Part shown: positions 30,421 through 39,858 of the stretch, in pieces
How positions within the stretch are numbered: position 1 is the stretch's first letter
How the letters are laid out: each line of letters begins with the position of its first letter
The notes under the pieces: generated by a model
The model's database searches: none
Told to the model about the DNA's origin: nothing
What the model saw: only the letters and a program-made list of their open reading frames with translations
Made by a program: the position numbers and the translations under genes
Assembly (NCBI GenBank): GCA_965203805.1
Contig: OZ241917.1
Span: 1,280,001-1,344,000, forward strand
DNA: 64,000 nucleotides
From: Candidatus Latescibacterota bacterium
GTDB lineage: Bacteria; Latescibacterota; UBA2968; GCA-2709665
Direction: 5' to 3'

Positions 30421-30636
30421 TCAGCCGTCGGGACTGTCTGTTGCCCTGTTCTCATTCGATTTGCGTATTCGCGCGGCCATTGCTTCCAGCACAGGGTCGG
30501 AATACCGCCTGGAATTGAACCACTCTATCCGTTCGTCAGCAGTCATATCGGCGGTTTCGGCCGTAATGCGGGCGCGGGCCTGGCGCATGAATTTGACACA
30601 GTCGAAATTCTTCTTGTGGCGGGGGCTTTCAGACAT
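30421..30636 (-). CDS. Small FDC-motif protein (putative antitoxin)
   Basis: KKNFDCVKFMRQARARITAETADMT...YSDPVLEAMAARIR. Confidence 0.7.
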   Translation of the reverse strand: MSESPRHKKNFDCVKFMRQARARITAETADMTADERIEWFNSRRYSDPVLEAMAARIRKSNENRATDSPDG

Positions 30637-30900
30637 GGACGATTTTCTCATGGGCTCGATTGTCGATCGTGGCGTATCCATTGACGCCATTGCAGAGCAC
30701 GATGCGCATGAATCCTTCTATGCGGGAAAAGGCTTTAGGTCGGGGATCATGGAGTTACCCATAGAGAGTATCTCGTACTTCGCGATTGAATAAACCAAAA
30801 AGACCCGCAACGTCGGCAATGATTCAGTCAAGCGTCCCGACTCGCTCGTCCCGATGCCTCGGTACGGTCTCGCCGTGCCGGCTGCTTGTCAAGCCATTGA

Positions 30901-31104
30901 TCAGGGTTCATTCTCTTTGTCTTTTTCCGATTCGCGCAATGGCGCCGCCAGTCGTTCCAGAACAGGATCTTCATAGCGATACGTGCGATAGTACTGGATT
31001 CGCTCTGCAGGGCTCATGCCGGCTGTTTCTGCGGCAATCCTCGCACGAACCTCACGCACAAAGCGGATGCAGTCGAACCTCTCGGTTGCGGTATCATTTG
31101 TCAT
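30901..31104 (-). CDS. Small FDC-motif protein (putative antitoxin of the HsdM-fused PIN)
   Basis: RFDCIRFVREVRARIAAETAGMSPAER; overlaps hsdM-PIN stop. Confidence 0.7.
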   Translation of the reverse strand: MTNDTATERFDCIRFVREVRARIAAETAGMSPAERIQYYRTYRYEDPVLERLAAPLRESEKDKENEP

Positions 31105-33538
31105 AGCTGATCGCCTCCGGGGATAGGACGTTCAATTCCTCGTACCCCATTTGCCGGTTGACTGCGTTGTACAACCGGTTTCGTCGCCAGTTCACCATGT
31201 GCCTGAAATTCCAGCTTGCCAAAACGTCGGCCTCAGCCAGGGTTGCCAGGGCGATATGCTCCGCGTCGGCGCGGTTCGCAAGGCCGAGAGCCCCGGAACC
31301 AATGTATGCGTCCGCAAGCCGTTCTGCCTCATCTGTGAGAAAGAGCATCTCTTTGTTCGCAGCGGGAATCTGATCGATCACATTGCGCACGCTTTCCGGT
31401 GCCCCCGCCAGTTCCCTGAGAATGACTTCTGAATAAACGAGGATAGCATCTCCGTGCTTGAACTTATCAAACAACTCCATGGATGCCTCACGGACCTCAT
31501 CGTCCAGACATCCGCCGATCACCGAGGTGTCCACGTAGATGCGCGGCTTGCCGTACACAGCCGGCGGTTCCCGCACCATCGGCAGGTCGCCGAGTAACCC
31601 CTCGGTCTCTTTCTCCAGCGCTCTGATATCCACCCCGATCTCCTCCAACGTCCGCATCGGCTGGGGTTTGTAGAAGTACCGCGTGAAGCTGATTTCATAG
31701 CCGATCCTGACACTGTCGGGTCGGTACCAGGCGTCAGGCGCGTAGGGCAGGACCTCCCGCTGCAGGAACGCTTCGATGCCGCCCTCCTCTTGCAGCGGAA
31801 TCTGCTCTGTGTCGCGCAGGTCGGTGTCCGGTTCGTACTCGACCACGGCAGTCTTGCCGTTGACGGTAGCCTCAAAACGTCCACGTAGCGGGTCGGCTTC
31901 CGTGCCCTTTCTGTGGATCTTCTTGATAACGGGCGGCGCGGCTTCGCTACGCTCGCCGGTTTCCTTCATCTTCTTGATTTCGGCGGCCTTATAGGCACGG
32001 TTTGGGTCAATCCCTTCGATTCGAAGCGTGCGTTCGACGGCCACCTTCCAGTAGCCGAAGGCGGCGTTGTCGAAGATCTTGCTCTGCTCGCTCTCCTCGA
32101 AGGCCAGGAACGCGTCGCAGATCCGCCGGATGTCCTCTTCGCCAAGTTCGCAGTTTTTCTTGCCCAGGTTCTTGCGCAACGGCTTGTACCACTCGGTGGC
32201 ATCGATCAACTGCACCTTGCCCCGACGATGCTCCGGTTTTCGGTTGGTGATCACCCACACGTAGGTGGCGATGCCGGTATTGTAGAACATGTTGAGCGGC
32301 AGCGCGACGATCGCCTCCAGCCAGTCGTTTTCGATGATCCAGCGGCGGATGTTGCTCTCGCCCTGGCCGGCGTCGCCGGTGAACAGGGAACTGCCGTTGT
32401 GTACCTCGGCGATGTGACTGCCGCCCTCCTTCATCTTGGATAGTTTATTGGCGAGGAAGAGCATCTGCCCGTCGCTGGACCGGGTAACGAGTGAATATTC
32501 GGGATCGTCGGCGTGCTCAATCACGAAGCGCGGGTCCCGCATTTCCTTTTTGCCACCCATGCGCTCCAGATCGGTCTTCCAGCTCTTCCCATAGGGCGGA
32601 TTGGAGAGCATGAAGTCGAACTCGCGGGACGGGAAGGCGTCGTTTGCCAGGGTGGAATGCTCCGGGCCACCTACGATGTTATCGGCCGCGTCTCCTTCAC
32701 CCTTCAGCAGCAGGTCGGCCTTGCAGATGGCATAGGTCTCAGCATTGATCTCCTGGCCATACAGATGAGTGGAGACGTCTTTGTCGCGCTCGGCGGCGAG
32801 TTGCTGGAGCACGTCTTCTGCCACGGTCAACATCCCACCCGTGCCGCATGCGCCGTCGTAGATCAGGTACGTGCTGGATGTAATCTCGTCAGCGACGGGC
32901 AGAAAGACCAGCTTCGCCATCAACGTGACCGCGTCGCGCGGGGTCCAGTGCTCGCCCGCTTCTTCGTTGTTCTCCTCGTTGAAGCGCCGGATCAATTCCT
33001 CGAAGATCGTGCCCATGCCATGGTTGTCCAGGCCGGCGTGCCTGACCGTTCCGTCGGCGTTGTGCACCGGGTCCGGGCTCAGGTTGATGTCCGGCGACGT
33101 CAGCTTTTCGATCAGCGTGCCGAGGGCATCGGCCCTGGAAAGCCGCTGGATCTGGTTACGAAACTCGAAGTTTTCAAGGATGTCCTGGACGCTGGGCGAG
33201 AACCCGTCGAGCCAGGCCCTGAAATCGGCCTCGAGCTGCTGGCGATTGGCGCGGGCGCGCAGGTCGCGAAGGGTGAATTTCGACGTATTGTAGAAGGCCT
33301 GTCCTGCGACTTGCCGCAGGGTCGCCTCCTGCTCGACAACGCCGGCCTTGTCAAGGTTGGCCTTCATGTCCAAAACCGCCTGCTTGCTGTCTTCCAGCAC
33401 CGCGTCCAGCCGGCGCAGTACGGTCATCGGCAGAATCACGTCACGATACTTTCCGCGCACGTACAGATCGCGCAGAACGTCGTCGGCAATTACCCAGATG
33501 TAGTTGGCAATCCAGTTCAGGTCTGCGTTGGTTGTCAT
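31094..33538 (-). CDS. hsdM: Type I R-M methyltransferase subunit with C-terminal PIN domain
   Basis: EAGEHWTPR, YDGACGTGGML, NPPYG (N6-MTase); after IGYEISFTRYFY it continues in frame into IYVDTSVIGG...DAEHIALA...SWNFRHMVN (PIN). Confidence 0.95.
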   Translation of the reverse strand: MTTNADLNWIANYIWVIADDVLRDLYVRGKYRDVILPMTVLRRLDAVLEDSKQAVLDMKANLDKAGVVEQEATLRQVAGQAFYNTSKFTLRDLRARANRQQLEADFRAWLDGFSPSVQDILENFEFRNQIQRLSRADALGTLIEKLTSPDINLSPDPVHNADGTVRHAGLDNHGMGTIFEELIRRFNEENNEEAGEHWTPRDAVTLMAKLVFLPVADEITSSTYLIYDGACGTGGMLTVAEDVLQQLAAERDKDVSTHLYGQEINAETYAICKADLLLKGEGDAADNIVGGPEHSTLANDAFPSREFDFMLSNPPYGKSWKTDLERMGGKKEMRDPRFVIEHADDPEYSLVTRSSDGQMLFLANKLSKMKEGGSHIAEVHNGSSLFTGDAGQGESNIRRWIIENDWLEAIVALPLNMFYNTGIATYVWVITNRKPEHRRGKVQLIDATEWYKPLRKNLGKKNCELGEEDIRRICDAFLAFEESEQSKIFDNAAFGYWKVAVERTLRIEGIDPNRAYKAAEIKKMKETGERSEAAPPVIKKIHRKGTEADPLRGRFEATVNGKTAVVEYEPDTDLRDTEQIPLQEEGGIEAFLQREVLPYAPDAWYRPDSVRIGYEISFTRYFYKPQPMRTLEEIGVDIRALEKETEGLLGDLPMVREPPAVYGKPRIYVDTSVIGGCLDDEVREASMELFDKFKHGDAILVYSEVILRELAGAPESVRNVIDQIPAANKEMLFLTDEAERLADAYIGSGALGLANRADAEHIALATLAEADVLASWNFRHMVNWRRNRLYNAVNRQMGYEELNVLSPEAISYDK

Positions 33539-33777
33539 CGGAATTCCTTGCAGGTGCGCCCGGCCGGTCGCCCCTGCGGGTGATCAAGGCACCCGCTTCG
33601 CCTTTGCTCTAAAGAGATAAAGGCGAATCACCCGTGGCGAGTCGCCTTCCTCGAAGATGGCTTCCTCTACCCTCACCCCCGGTTCCCTACTCCCCCTGCG
33701 GACGAGAACTGTTCCCCCTCGATGAATCTGGAGGGGCGGAACGGGTGCAGATCAGGCTTCCCGGCCGTGGACCGGCT

Positions 33778-34575
33778 TCATCGCAAACTCTGAGTCTCTC
33801 CGCTGATAAAAGCGATAAACTCGTCCGGCCTCGACCAGCGAGACACCATAGACAGCGGCTCAACCAACCGAAAATCCTCATCTGCCCAGACGTCGGCAGT
33901 ATCATCGAACAAGGAAACGAAGGTCAGTGCCTCGGGCCCTGATGCAAGGTGATTCAGATCGTGCCAGGCGGCCAACACGTGCTCGGAAACTCTATGTGCT
34001 GCAGCACGATTCCCGGTGCTCAACACCTGTACAAGCGAACTCCTGAACTCCGCCCGGACGTGGAAATCGACCGTCCAGCCGCGCCCGGATCGGCCGGCAA
34101 GCCTTTCGGAACGCTCGTAACCCAGCTCCCGCTCTGAGAGGATATCCGCAACTTCGTCCGTAACGGATTGCACGGACTGTGTTCGAAACGTGAACCACAA
34201 ATCGGATACCCGAAGCGCCGCCTGAGCTACACGCGTTACAACATTCGCCAACTGATCACCAGGTCGACACCGGGCTTGAAGCATGCCGCGATAGAACTCT
34301 ATCCCATGGGTCAAACACGCATCTTCTATGAGCCGTCTCTGCTTCGGGGAACGACGAAGAGTCGACGACTGCATTCGGAGCCAACCGGTGGTCTCCGCAA
34401 GGTCGGTTATCGTCAACGAATTGTTGGAGACCTTACAGAAGAGGTCGATATTGTCGCCATCCGGATAGAGATATGGCGTACGAATTCGGTGAAATTCACC
34501 TTGTTCCGAGCACGTGAACAAGACGCCGATCTCCCGTTCCAATTTCTGACACAGATCCTTGCTGTCCATTACCAC
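33778..34575 (-). CDS. DUF1828/DUF1829 domain protein
   Basis: IRTPYLYPDGDNIDLF...ITDLAET; GRSGRGWTVDF nuclease-like C-terminus. Confidence 0.75.
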   Translation of the reverse strand: MVMDSKDLCQKLEREIGVLFTCSEQGEFHRIRTPYLYPDGDNIDLFCKVSNNSLTITDLAETTGWLRMQSSTLRRSPKQRRLIEDACLTHGIEFYRGMLQARCRPGDQLANVVTRVAQAALRVSDLWFTFRTQSVQSVTDEVADILSERELGYERSERLAGRSGRGWTVDFHVRAEFRSSLVQVLSTGNRAAAHRVSEHVLAAWHDLNHLASGPEALTFVSLFDDTADVWADEDFRLVEPLSMVSRWSRPDEFIAFISGETQSLR

Positions 34576-35024
34576 AGTTTTCCTTGAATAGCAGGCGGTC
34601 TACTCATCACGCCATCGTGTCGAATGCCTGCTTCAATGCAGAACTCCTGCCAAACCGACGCGGGATCCGAAACAAGCGCTTTAACGTCGTGCGGTACATA
34701 TGCTTCTTTATCACTGTAACGTTCTGACCACCTATGCTTGTGCTTTTCCCCAACCTGTTCACATTGCGGATTGTGATGATCCTTTCCGAGGTCAAGACCA
34801 TAGATGCGGCCCACGGTCGTCAGAATTAGCGCGTAGGTCAGCGTACCTGCGAGCGAATTGAAACGTCCCTTGACGAACAGCGGCCAACCACTCTCCGACG
34901 TGACGTTGACGTGGAATTCAAATGCAGGGGAGTGATCCTCGTCCTCAATCCAGTTAACGTCACCATCAATCCGCTTCGTGTCGTCATTCAGGATTGAGGT
35001 AAATTCGCCATCGGACAAGGGCAT
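34569..35024 (-). CDS. DUF6978-like protein
   Basis: LDL...HHNP...V.EKHKHRW.E...KEAY; coupled to DUF1828 gene. Confidence 0.65.
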   Translation of the reverse strand: MPLSDGEFTSILNDDTKRIDGDVNWIEDEDHSPAFEFHVNVTSESGWPLFVKGRFNSLAGTLTYALILTTVGRIYGLDLGKDHHNPQCEQVGEKHKHRWSERYSDKEAYVPHDVKALVSDPASVWQEFCIEAGIRHDGVMSRPPAIQGKLW

Positions 35025-35328
35025 TTCGGTACTCCGGATGTTCAGCTCATGGTTTTACCGGAGCAGCACAGTTGCACAACTGCTCCATTATCCAGTACGA
35101 GCATTTCGGAACACCTGCGGCAGTTTTCTCAATATACGAAATTTGGTGTCTAATGGAGTAGCGATTTCGGAATTTGACGCGACGGTCGGGCACAAATGGG
35201 GCTCGCACCTATGGTTCCCAGGAACACTCCAACCGCGTTTACCCTTCCTCTAACGAAACAAAGGCGAATCGCCCGTTGGGCGCCGCCATTGATCGCCTCG
35301 CCTACTCCAGAGTCAAGTCCCTCTTCTC

Positions 35329-36504
35329 TCACCCCCGGTTCCCCCCTCCCCATGCGGACGAGAACTGTTCCCCCTCGATGAATCTGGAGGGGCGGAACGG
35401 GTGCAGATCGAACGCCGGCGTCCGGCCGAGAATCACATCGCTCAGCGAGTCGGCGATGGGCGGCCCCAGCTTGAACCCATGCCCGCTCCCGCCGAAAAAG
35501 GCATAGTATCCCTCCAGCCCCGGTTCGGGGCCCACCAGCGGATGCCAGTCGTCGGTAATCGTATAGACCGACGCCCACCCCTTCAGGTATTCGCACTGAC
35601 GGAATGCCGGCACCCGTTCGAAGGTCCCGTTCTCAATGCGGCGGCGCGTGGGCTCATCCAGGTCCGGATCGTACGCGTCGACGTCCATCGGCTCCACCTC
35701 TTTGGGAAAACTCAGGCCGGCCAGCAGGCCGTTGTCGCCGTCGGGACGGAAGTAGACCCTCAGGTTGGGATCGGAAACGACCGGAAGCGGCCCGTATCCC
35801 TCCGGCAGGCGCAAGACCAGATCGCTCTCCCGGCTCCATCGCAGCGAATAATTCAGCCCCGCGGACAGCCCAATCCTGCGCCCCCAGGGACCCGCGGCGT
35901 TGATCACCAGACCGGTCCGGATTTCTCCGGCCTCGGTTTCAACGCCGGTCACCCGGTTGCCGGACAGGCGGATCCGCGTTGCCCCCACCCCCTCGTAACA
36001 CACCAGACCCCATTCCTTCGCCCGCGTCACCAGGTTCCGGACCGTCTTGACCGGGTCCGCGTACCCGGAAGCAGGTTCGTAGATGCCCGCGACGATCCCG
36101 TCCGTGTTCACACAGGGAATCAGCTCCCCGATCTCGTCCCTATCCACCTCCACGGCGCCGGTGCCGTTCCGCTGCTCCGCCTCGAGGACCGCCCGTCCCG
36201 CCGCGGCGGTATGCTCTCCCAGAAGACAGGTATATCCCGTATTGCGAAAGTCGCAGTCACCTCCCAGCGCCTCCTCCGCGTTCGCAAACATCTCCAGCGC
36301 CGCCGCGGACATCCGAATGGTCAGGTCATTCGAGTAGAACGTACGGATCACAGCGGCCGAATGCCCCGTACTCACGGCGGCCAGCGACCGTTTTTCCAGG
36401 AGCACGACGTCGCCGAGGCCCTTCTTCGCCAGAAAATGGGCCACGCTGGCCCCCATGATGCCTCCGCCGATCACCACGGCGTCTGCTGTCTTTACCATTC
36501 GCAT
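35329..36504 (-). CDS. FAD-dependent oxidoreductase (DAO / sarcosine oxidase beta family)
   Basis: VIGGGIMG, NAAGPW, SGHGFKLGP. Confidence 0.92.
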   Translation of the reverse strand: MRMVKTADAVVIGGGIMGASVAHFLAKKGLGDVVLLEKRSLAAVSTGHSAAVIRTFYSNDLTIRMSAAALEMFANAEEALGGDCDFRNTGYTCLLGEHTAAAGRAVLEAEQRNGTGAVEVDRDEIGELIPCVNTDGIVAGIYEPASGYADPVKTVRNLVTRAKEWGLVCYEGVGATRIRLSGNRVTGVETEAGEIRTGLVINAAGPWGRRIGLSAGLNYSLRWSRESDLVLRLPEGYGPLPVVSDPNLRVYFRPDGDNGLLAGLSFPKEVEPMDVDAYDPDLDEPTRRRIENGTFERVPAFRQCEYLKGWASVYTITDDWHPLVGPEPGLEGYYAFFGGSGHGFKLGPPIADSLSDVILGRTPAFDLHPFRPSRFIEGEQFSSAWGGGNRG

Positions 36505-36564
36505 TGCTCCCGCGCGACGCTTTCAAGACCGGCCCAAAATGCCAGCCAAACCCGGCGACACCGG

Positions 36565-36966
36565 TCAGACCTTGACGAAGACCATCGTCACCTGCGACCC
36601 GCCAAGGCTCGAACCCAATGTCAGTTCATTCCCGTCGACGGTGGCATTGGTACCGATCAGGCCCAGCGTCGCCGACTCCTGGAACAGAATACTTGAATCC
36701 TGTATGGTGTAGGTTCCTTCGGAGTACCGGTCTTCAAGCTGAAGCGACGGAATGCTCAGACTCATCGAAAAGTCGCCCGTTGTGGACAGAACAAGCGTGC
36801 CGGTTGCTTCCGGCGGACGGAGCGTCTGTGTTTGTGAACCGCCGGTCAGCTGTATTTCACGAAGCGTATACGTCCCTGCCAGCGTATCGTAATTCAGCGG
36901 ATTGTCTTCCCCGCAGGACATCAGAAACAGTGCCACGACAATTAAAAGCGGATGCAACCTCCTCAT
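36565..36966 (-). CDS. Lipoprotein, lipocalin-like
   Basis: Lipobox LMSC, LAGTYTL, GTYTI. Confidence 0.7.
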   Translation of the reverse strand: MRRLHPLLIVVALFLMSCGEDNPLNYDTLAGTYTLREIQLTGGSQTQTLRPPEATGTLVLSTTGDFSMSLSIPSLQLEDRYSEGTYTIQDSSILFQESATLGLIGTNATVDGNELTLGSSLGGSQVTMVFVKV

Positions 36967-37011
36967 CGTGCACCTCCGGACCCGTTGTCGTTTATGAAAT
37001 TCGAGACGTCG

Positions 37012-37875
37012 TTAACGAATGATCTCCTCCAGATACGCCTTGGCCGCAAGCAGCCCCTCCTGATTCAGAGCCGTACTGCCCATATACCGGTCGTCTTCCA
37101 GCTCAATTGCCAGCGGACCGTCGTAGCCGAATTCCTCGAGCCGCGCCACAATCCATATCCAGTCCGCTTCGCCCCAACCGGGAATGCAGTAGCGCCACCA
37201 GCCTTCCCCGTGTCCGTACCGCTTGCCGAAACTCTGGCCCAGGCTGCCGTACAGATACTGGCCGTCAGCCAGCAGTTCCGTATCCTTGGCGTGCACGTGC
37301 CGGACGCGATCTCCGAACTCCATCAACAGGCGCTGATAGTCCACGCCGATCCGGATGAAATGGGAGGGATCGTAGCAGATCCCCAGATGAGGCGAGGGTA
37401 CAACCTCGAATACCGCCCGGAGCGTCTCAGGGGTACATCCCAGATTGCCGTAACCCGGCGCACCGCCCGGATAGGGTTCGATGGCAAGGTGCACATCCAG
37501 CTGTTCCGCGAAATCGACCACGCCGGGATAGACCTCCTTGAACACCTCGAAACTCTCGGATCGGGCCTGCATTGGATCGTCCGGCGCCAGACAGAGGAAG
37601 ACCACGCCGGAACCGTGGGCGCCCGTGGCCCGGATGCGGTCCTTCATGGCCGAGACCGCTCCGCTTCGCGCATGGGCGTCCTTGCTCAACAGAGCCCCTC
37701 CCACGCCCCAGTCGACCGTTCCGATTGCCAGACCTGCATCGTCGAAGACCTTTCGTATTCCCCCATCGACTTCCGGGACGTCCACAGATCCGAATCCGCA
37801 CTCGCCCGCCCAGGCCGCCACACCCTCGAGGCCCAATTCCCTTCCCATGGGTGGAATCCTCATCCCAACGTGCAT
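37012..37875 (-). CDS. Sugar phosphate isomerase/epimerase (AP_endonuc_2)
   Basis: LAIEP, YDPSH, HVHAKD, IELED. Confidence 0.88.
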   Translation of the reverse strand: MHVGMRIPPMGRELGLEGVAAWAGECGFGSVDVPEVDGGIRKVFDDAGLAIGTVDWGVGGALLSKDAHARSGAVSAMKDRIRATGAHGSGVVFLCLAPDDPMQARSESFEVFKEVYPGVVDFAEQLDVHLAIEPYPGGAPGYGNLGCTPETLRAVFEVVPSPHLGICYDPSHFIRIGVDYQRLLMEFGDRVRHVHAKDTELLADGQYLYGSLGQSFGKRYGHGEGWWRYCIPGWGEADWIWIVARLEEFGYDGPLAIELEDDRYMGSTALNQEGLLAAKAYLEEIIR

Positions 37876-37945
37876 AATGCCCTCCCGTAACAACGTAAGA
37901 AGATCTCCAATGTACCCGGCCCGGACCCCGTCTGGCGAAACCCGC

Positions 37946-38851
37946 CTACACCGTCCAGAGTTCCGCGACGTCGGACAGGATGGCGTCCAGTTCGGCGTGA
38001 TCGTGCGCATCCAGCGGGCGGGTCGCCGCCGTCCTTACGTAAGCCGAGCGAATCACCCCGCGCCGGCGCAGCACTTCCTTGTATGCGTGCACGCTGTGAA
38101 GCATTTCGAAATTCAACAGCGGCAACAGGCGGTTGAAGACGCCCCTGGCGCCGGACACGTCGCCCGCCTGCCAGGCATTCCAGACCGCGGCGTGCACGTC
38201 GGGAACGTCGCAGCCGGGCATCGTCCCGGCGGCGCCCCGCCTCATCTCGTCCAGCATGAACCGGCCCGCCGCGCCTCCGAAAACGCCCTCCACCGACGCT
38301 CCGCAGGCCGCGATATCGGCCGAAACCGAATGTGTGACCGGAGGGACTTCCTCCTTGACGTAGCGAACGCGTTCGATCTCGCGGGCAAGTTGGCCCAACA
38401 GCGCGGCCGACATTGGAACTCCGATCGGCAACGGATAGTTCTGTATGAAGACCGGCAGACCCGTCGCCTCCGCGATCGCCTCGTAATACGCCCTCACGCC
38501 ATCGGCAGGGGGCTTGGAAATATACGGCGGCAACGCGATCACGGCGTCCGCCCCCTCGGCCTCGGCGTGTTTCGCGAACCACACGGCCACCGGGGCGCTC
38601 ACCCCGGACACGCCGGCGACGAAGGGCAGCCGCCCCCCTACCGTCCGGCCTATCACCTCGATCACCCGCAATCGTTCGGGATCGGACAGCGCGCTGAATT
38701 CGCTCGCGTTCGCGGGCGAGACCAATCCGTGCGCCCCCGCCGCGATCGAAAACTCCACGACGTTGTTCAGCCCGTCTACGTCGAGCGAACCATCGTCCGA
38801 AAACGGCGTTGCCAGGATGACAAACACCCCACGAAACGGCCGCCCCGCCAT
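37946..38851 (-). CDS. Dihydrodipicolinate synthase family protein
   Basis: TPFSDDGSLD, ASEFSALSD.ER, YVKEE. Confidence 0.9.
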   Translation of the reverse strand: MAGRPFRGVFVILATPFSDDGSLDVDGLNNVVEFSIAAGAHGLVSPANASEFSALSDPERLRVIEVIGRTVGGRLPFVAGVSGVSAPVAVWFAKHAEAEGADAVIALPPYISKPPADGVRAYYEAIAEATGLPVFIQNYPLPIGVPMSAALLGQLAREIERVRYVKEEVPPVTHSVSADIAACGASVEGVFGGAAGRFMLDEMRRGAAGTMPGCDVPDVHAAVWNAWQAGDVSGARGVFNRLLPLLNFEMLHSVHAYKEVLRRRGVIRSAYVRTAATRPLDAHDHAELDAILSDVAELWTV

Positions 38852-38953
38852 TCATCGCCCTTTCAATCAGTATTATGCGACTGACCCGACACCCCATTCA
38901 ATGGTAAGGCGGGGAGGCCAGATGTCAAGCGGAAAATCCCCGTGATATTTCCA

Positions 38954-38982
38954 TTGACTTGCCCCGGACCCCAACCTACAAT
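38954..38982 (+). promoter_or_regulatory. Sigma70-type promoter (a divergent one at ~38901-38928 on minus)
   Basis: TTGACT-17-TACAAT; on minus strand TTGACA-16-TACCAT. Confidence 0.6.
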
Positions 38983-39021
38983 ACCCATTCCACGGGCCCG
39001 AACACCACTTGCCGCGAACCG

Positions 39022-39759
39022 ATGCAGATCGATCCGAAAAGACTTTGTGAACTCCACGCCTTCATGGACGCGCTCGAACCCGACGGTCCACCGCGGGCGG
39101 CGTTTCTCCGCAGGGCGGCGAGCCGTCTCACCCGTCCCGGCGGCAACCTGGTTGTGATGGATGCCTCGTTCAATCCCATGACCGTTGCCCACGAAGCCAT
39201 GCTGCATCGCGCTTCCGACGCCTTCAGGGTCGGCGAAGCCCTCCTGCTGCTGTCTCACGCAAACGTGGACAAGGGCGTCTACGGGGCGACGCTGGCGCAA
39301 CGCCTGGCCATGCTCGACCATTACGCGGAATCATCTCGAAACCTCTCCGTTGCCGGTTGCAGCCATGCCAGATTCGTCGATAAGGCGCGCGCCCTTGGCC
39401 CCCTCTACCCGAAATCGACGGTTCTGTATTTCGTGGTCGGGTACGACACCCTGCTGAGGCTGTTCGACCCCCGGTATTACAGCAACTTCAGGGACGAACT
39501 GTCCGAATTCTTCGCCGGCGCACGCGTCGTCGCGGCCAACCGAGCCAATACCGATCCGGACGCCATGCGGAGGCTGAAGATCAGTCCGGAATATGACGCA
39601 TTTTCCGACAGAATCCATTTCATCGGCCTGGACGGCGCTCATTCGCGCATGTCCTCCACGGAAGTCCGGACGCTCAAGAAAGCAGACGCCGGGATCGGTC
39701 ACCTTGTTCCGTCCCGCATCGCAAAAGCCATCGATGCGCTGCACCTGTATGGCGTCTGA
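39022..39759 (+). CDS. Nicotinamide/nicotinate-nucleotide adenylyltransferase-like protein
   Basis: SFNPMTVAH, FVDKA, VGYDTLLRLFDPRYY, MSSTEVR. Confidence 0.8.
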   Translation: MQIDPKRLCELHAFMDALEPDGPPRAAFLRRAASRLTRPGGNLVVMDASFNPMTVAHEAMLHRASDAFRVGEALLLLSHANVDKGVYGATLAQRLAMLDHYAESSRNLSVAGCSHARFVDKARALGPLYPKSTVLYFVVGYDTLLRLFDPRYYSNFRDELSEFFAGARVVAANRANTDPDAMRRLKISPEYDAFSDRIHFIGLDGAHSRMSSTEVRTLKKADAGIGHLVPSRIAKAIDALHLYGV

Positions 39760-39858
39760 AGGATCGCCGCTCGCGACGACAAACGGCCACGGATCCTCTC
39801 CCTGCGCCGATCATCTCGAACCTGAAAATCCCTGCAAGGATGTATTGGAGGACCGCAA

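Larger units (their letters stand above)
33672..35409. repeat. 82-bp direct repeat (33672-33753 and 35328-35409) of the oxidoreductase 3' end flanking a two-gene cassette
   Basis: 79/82 identical by manual alignment. Confidence 0.92.

Noticed and set aside
39022-39759. NMN adenylyltransferase-like gene as an NAD-restoring partner of the TIRs
   Set aside because: Outside the island, host-like composition, operonic with a TPP enzyme
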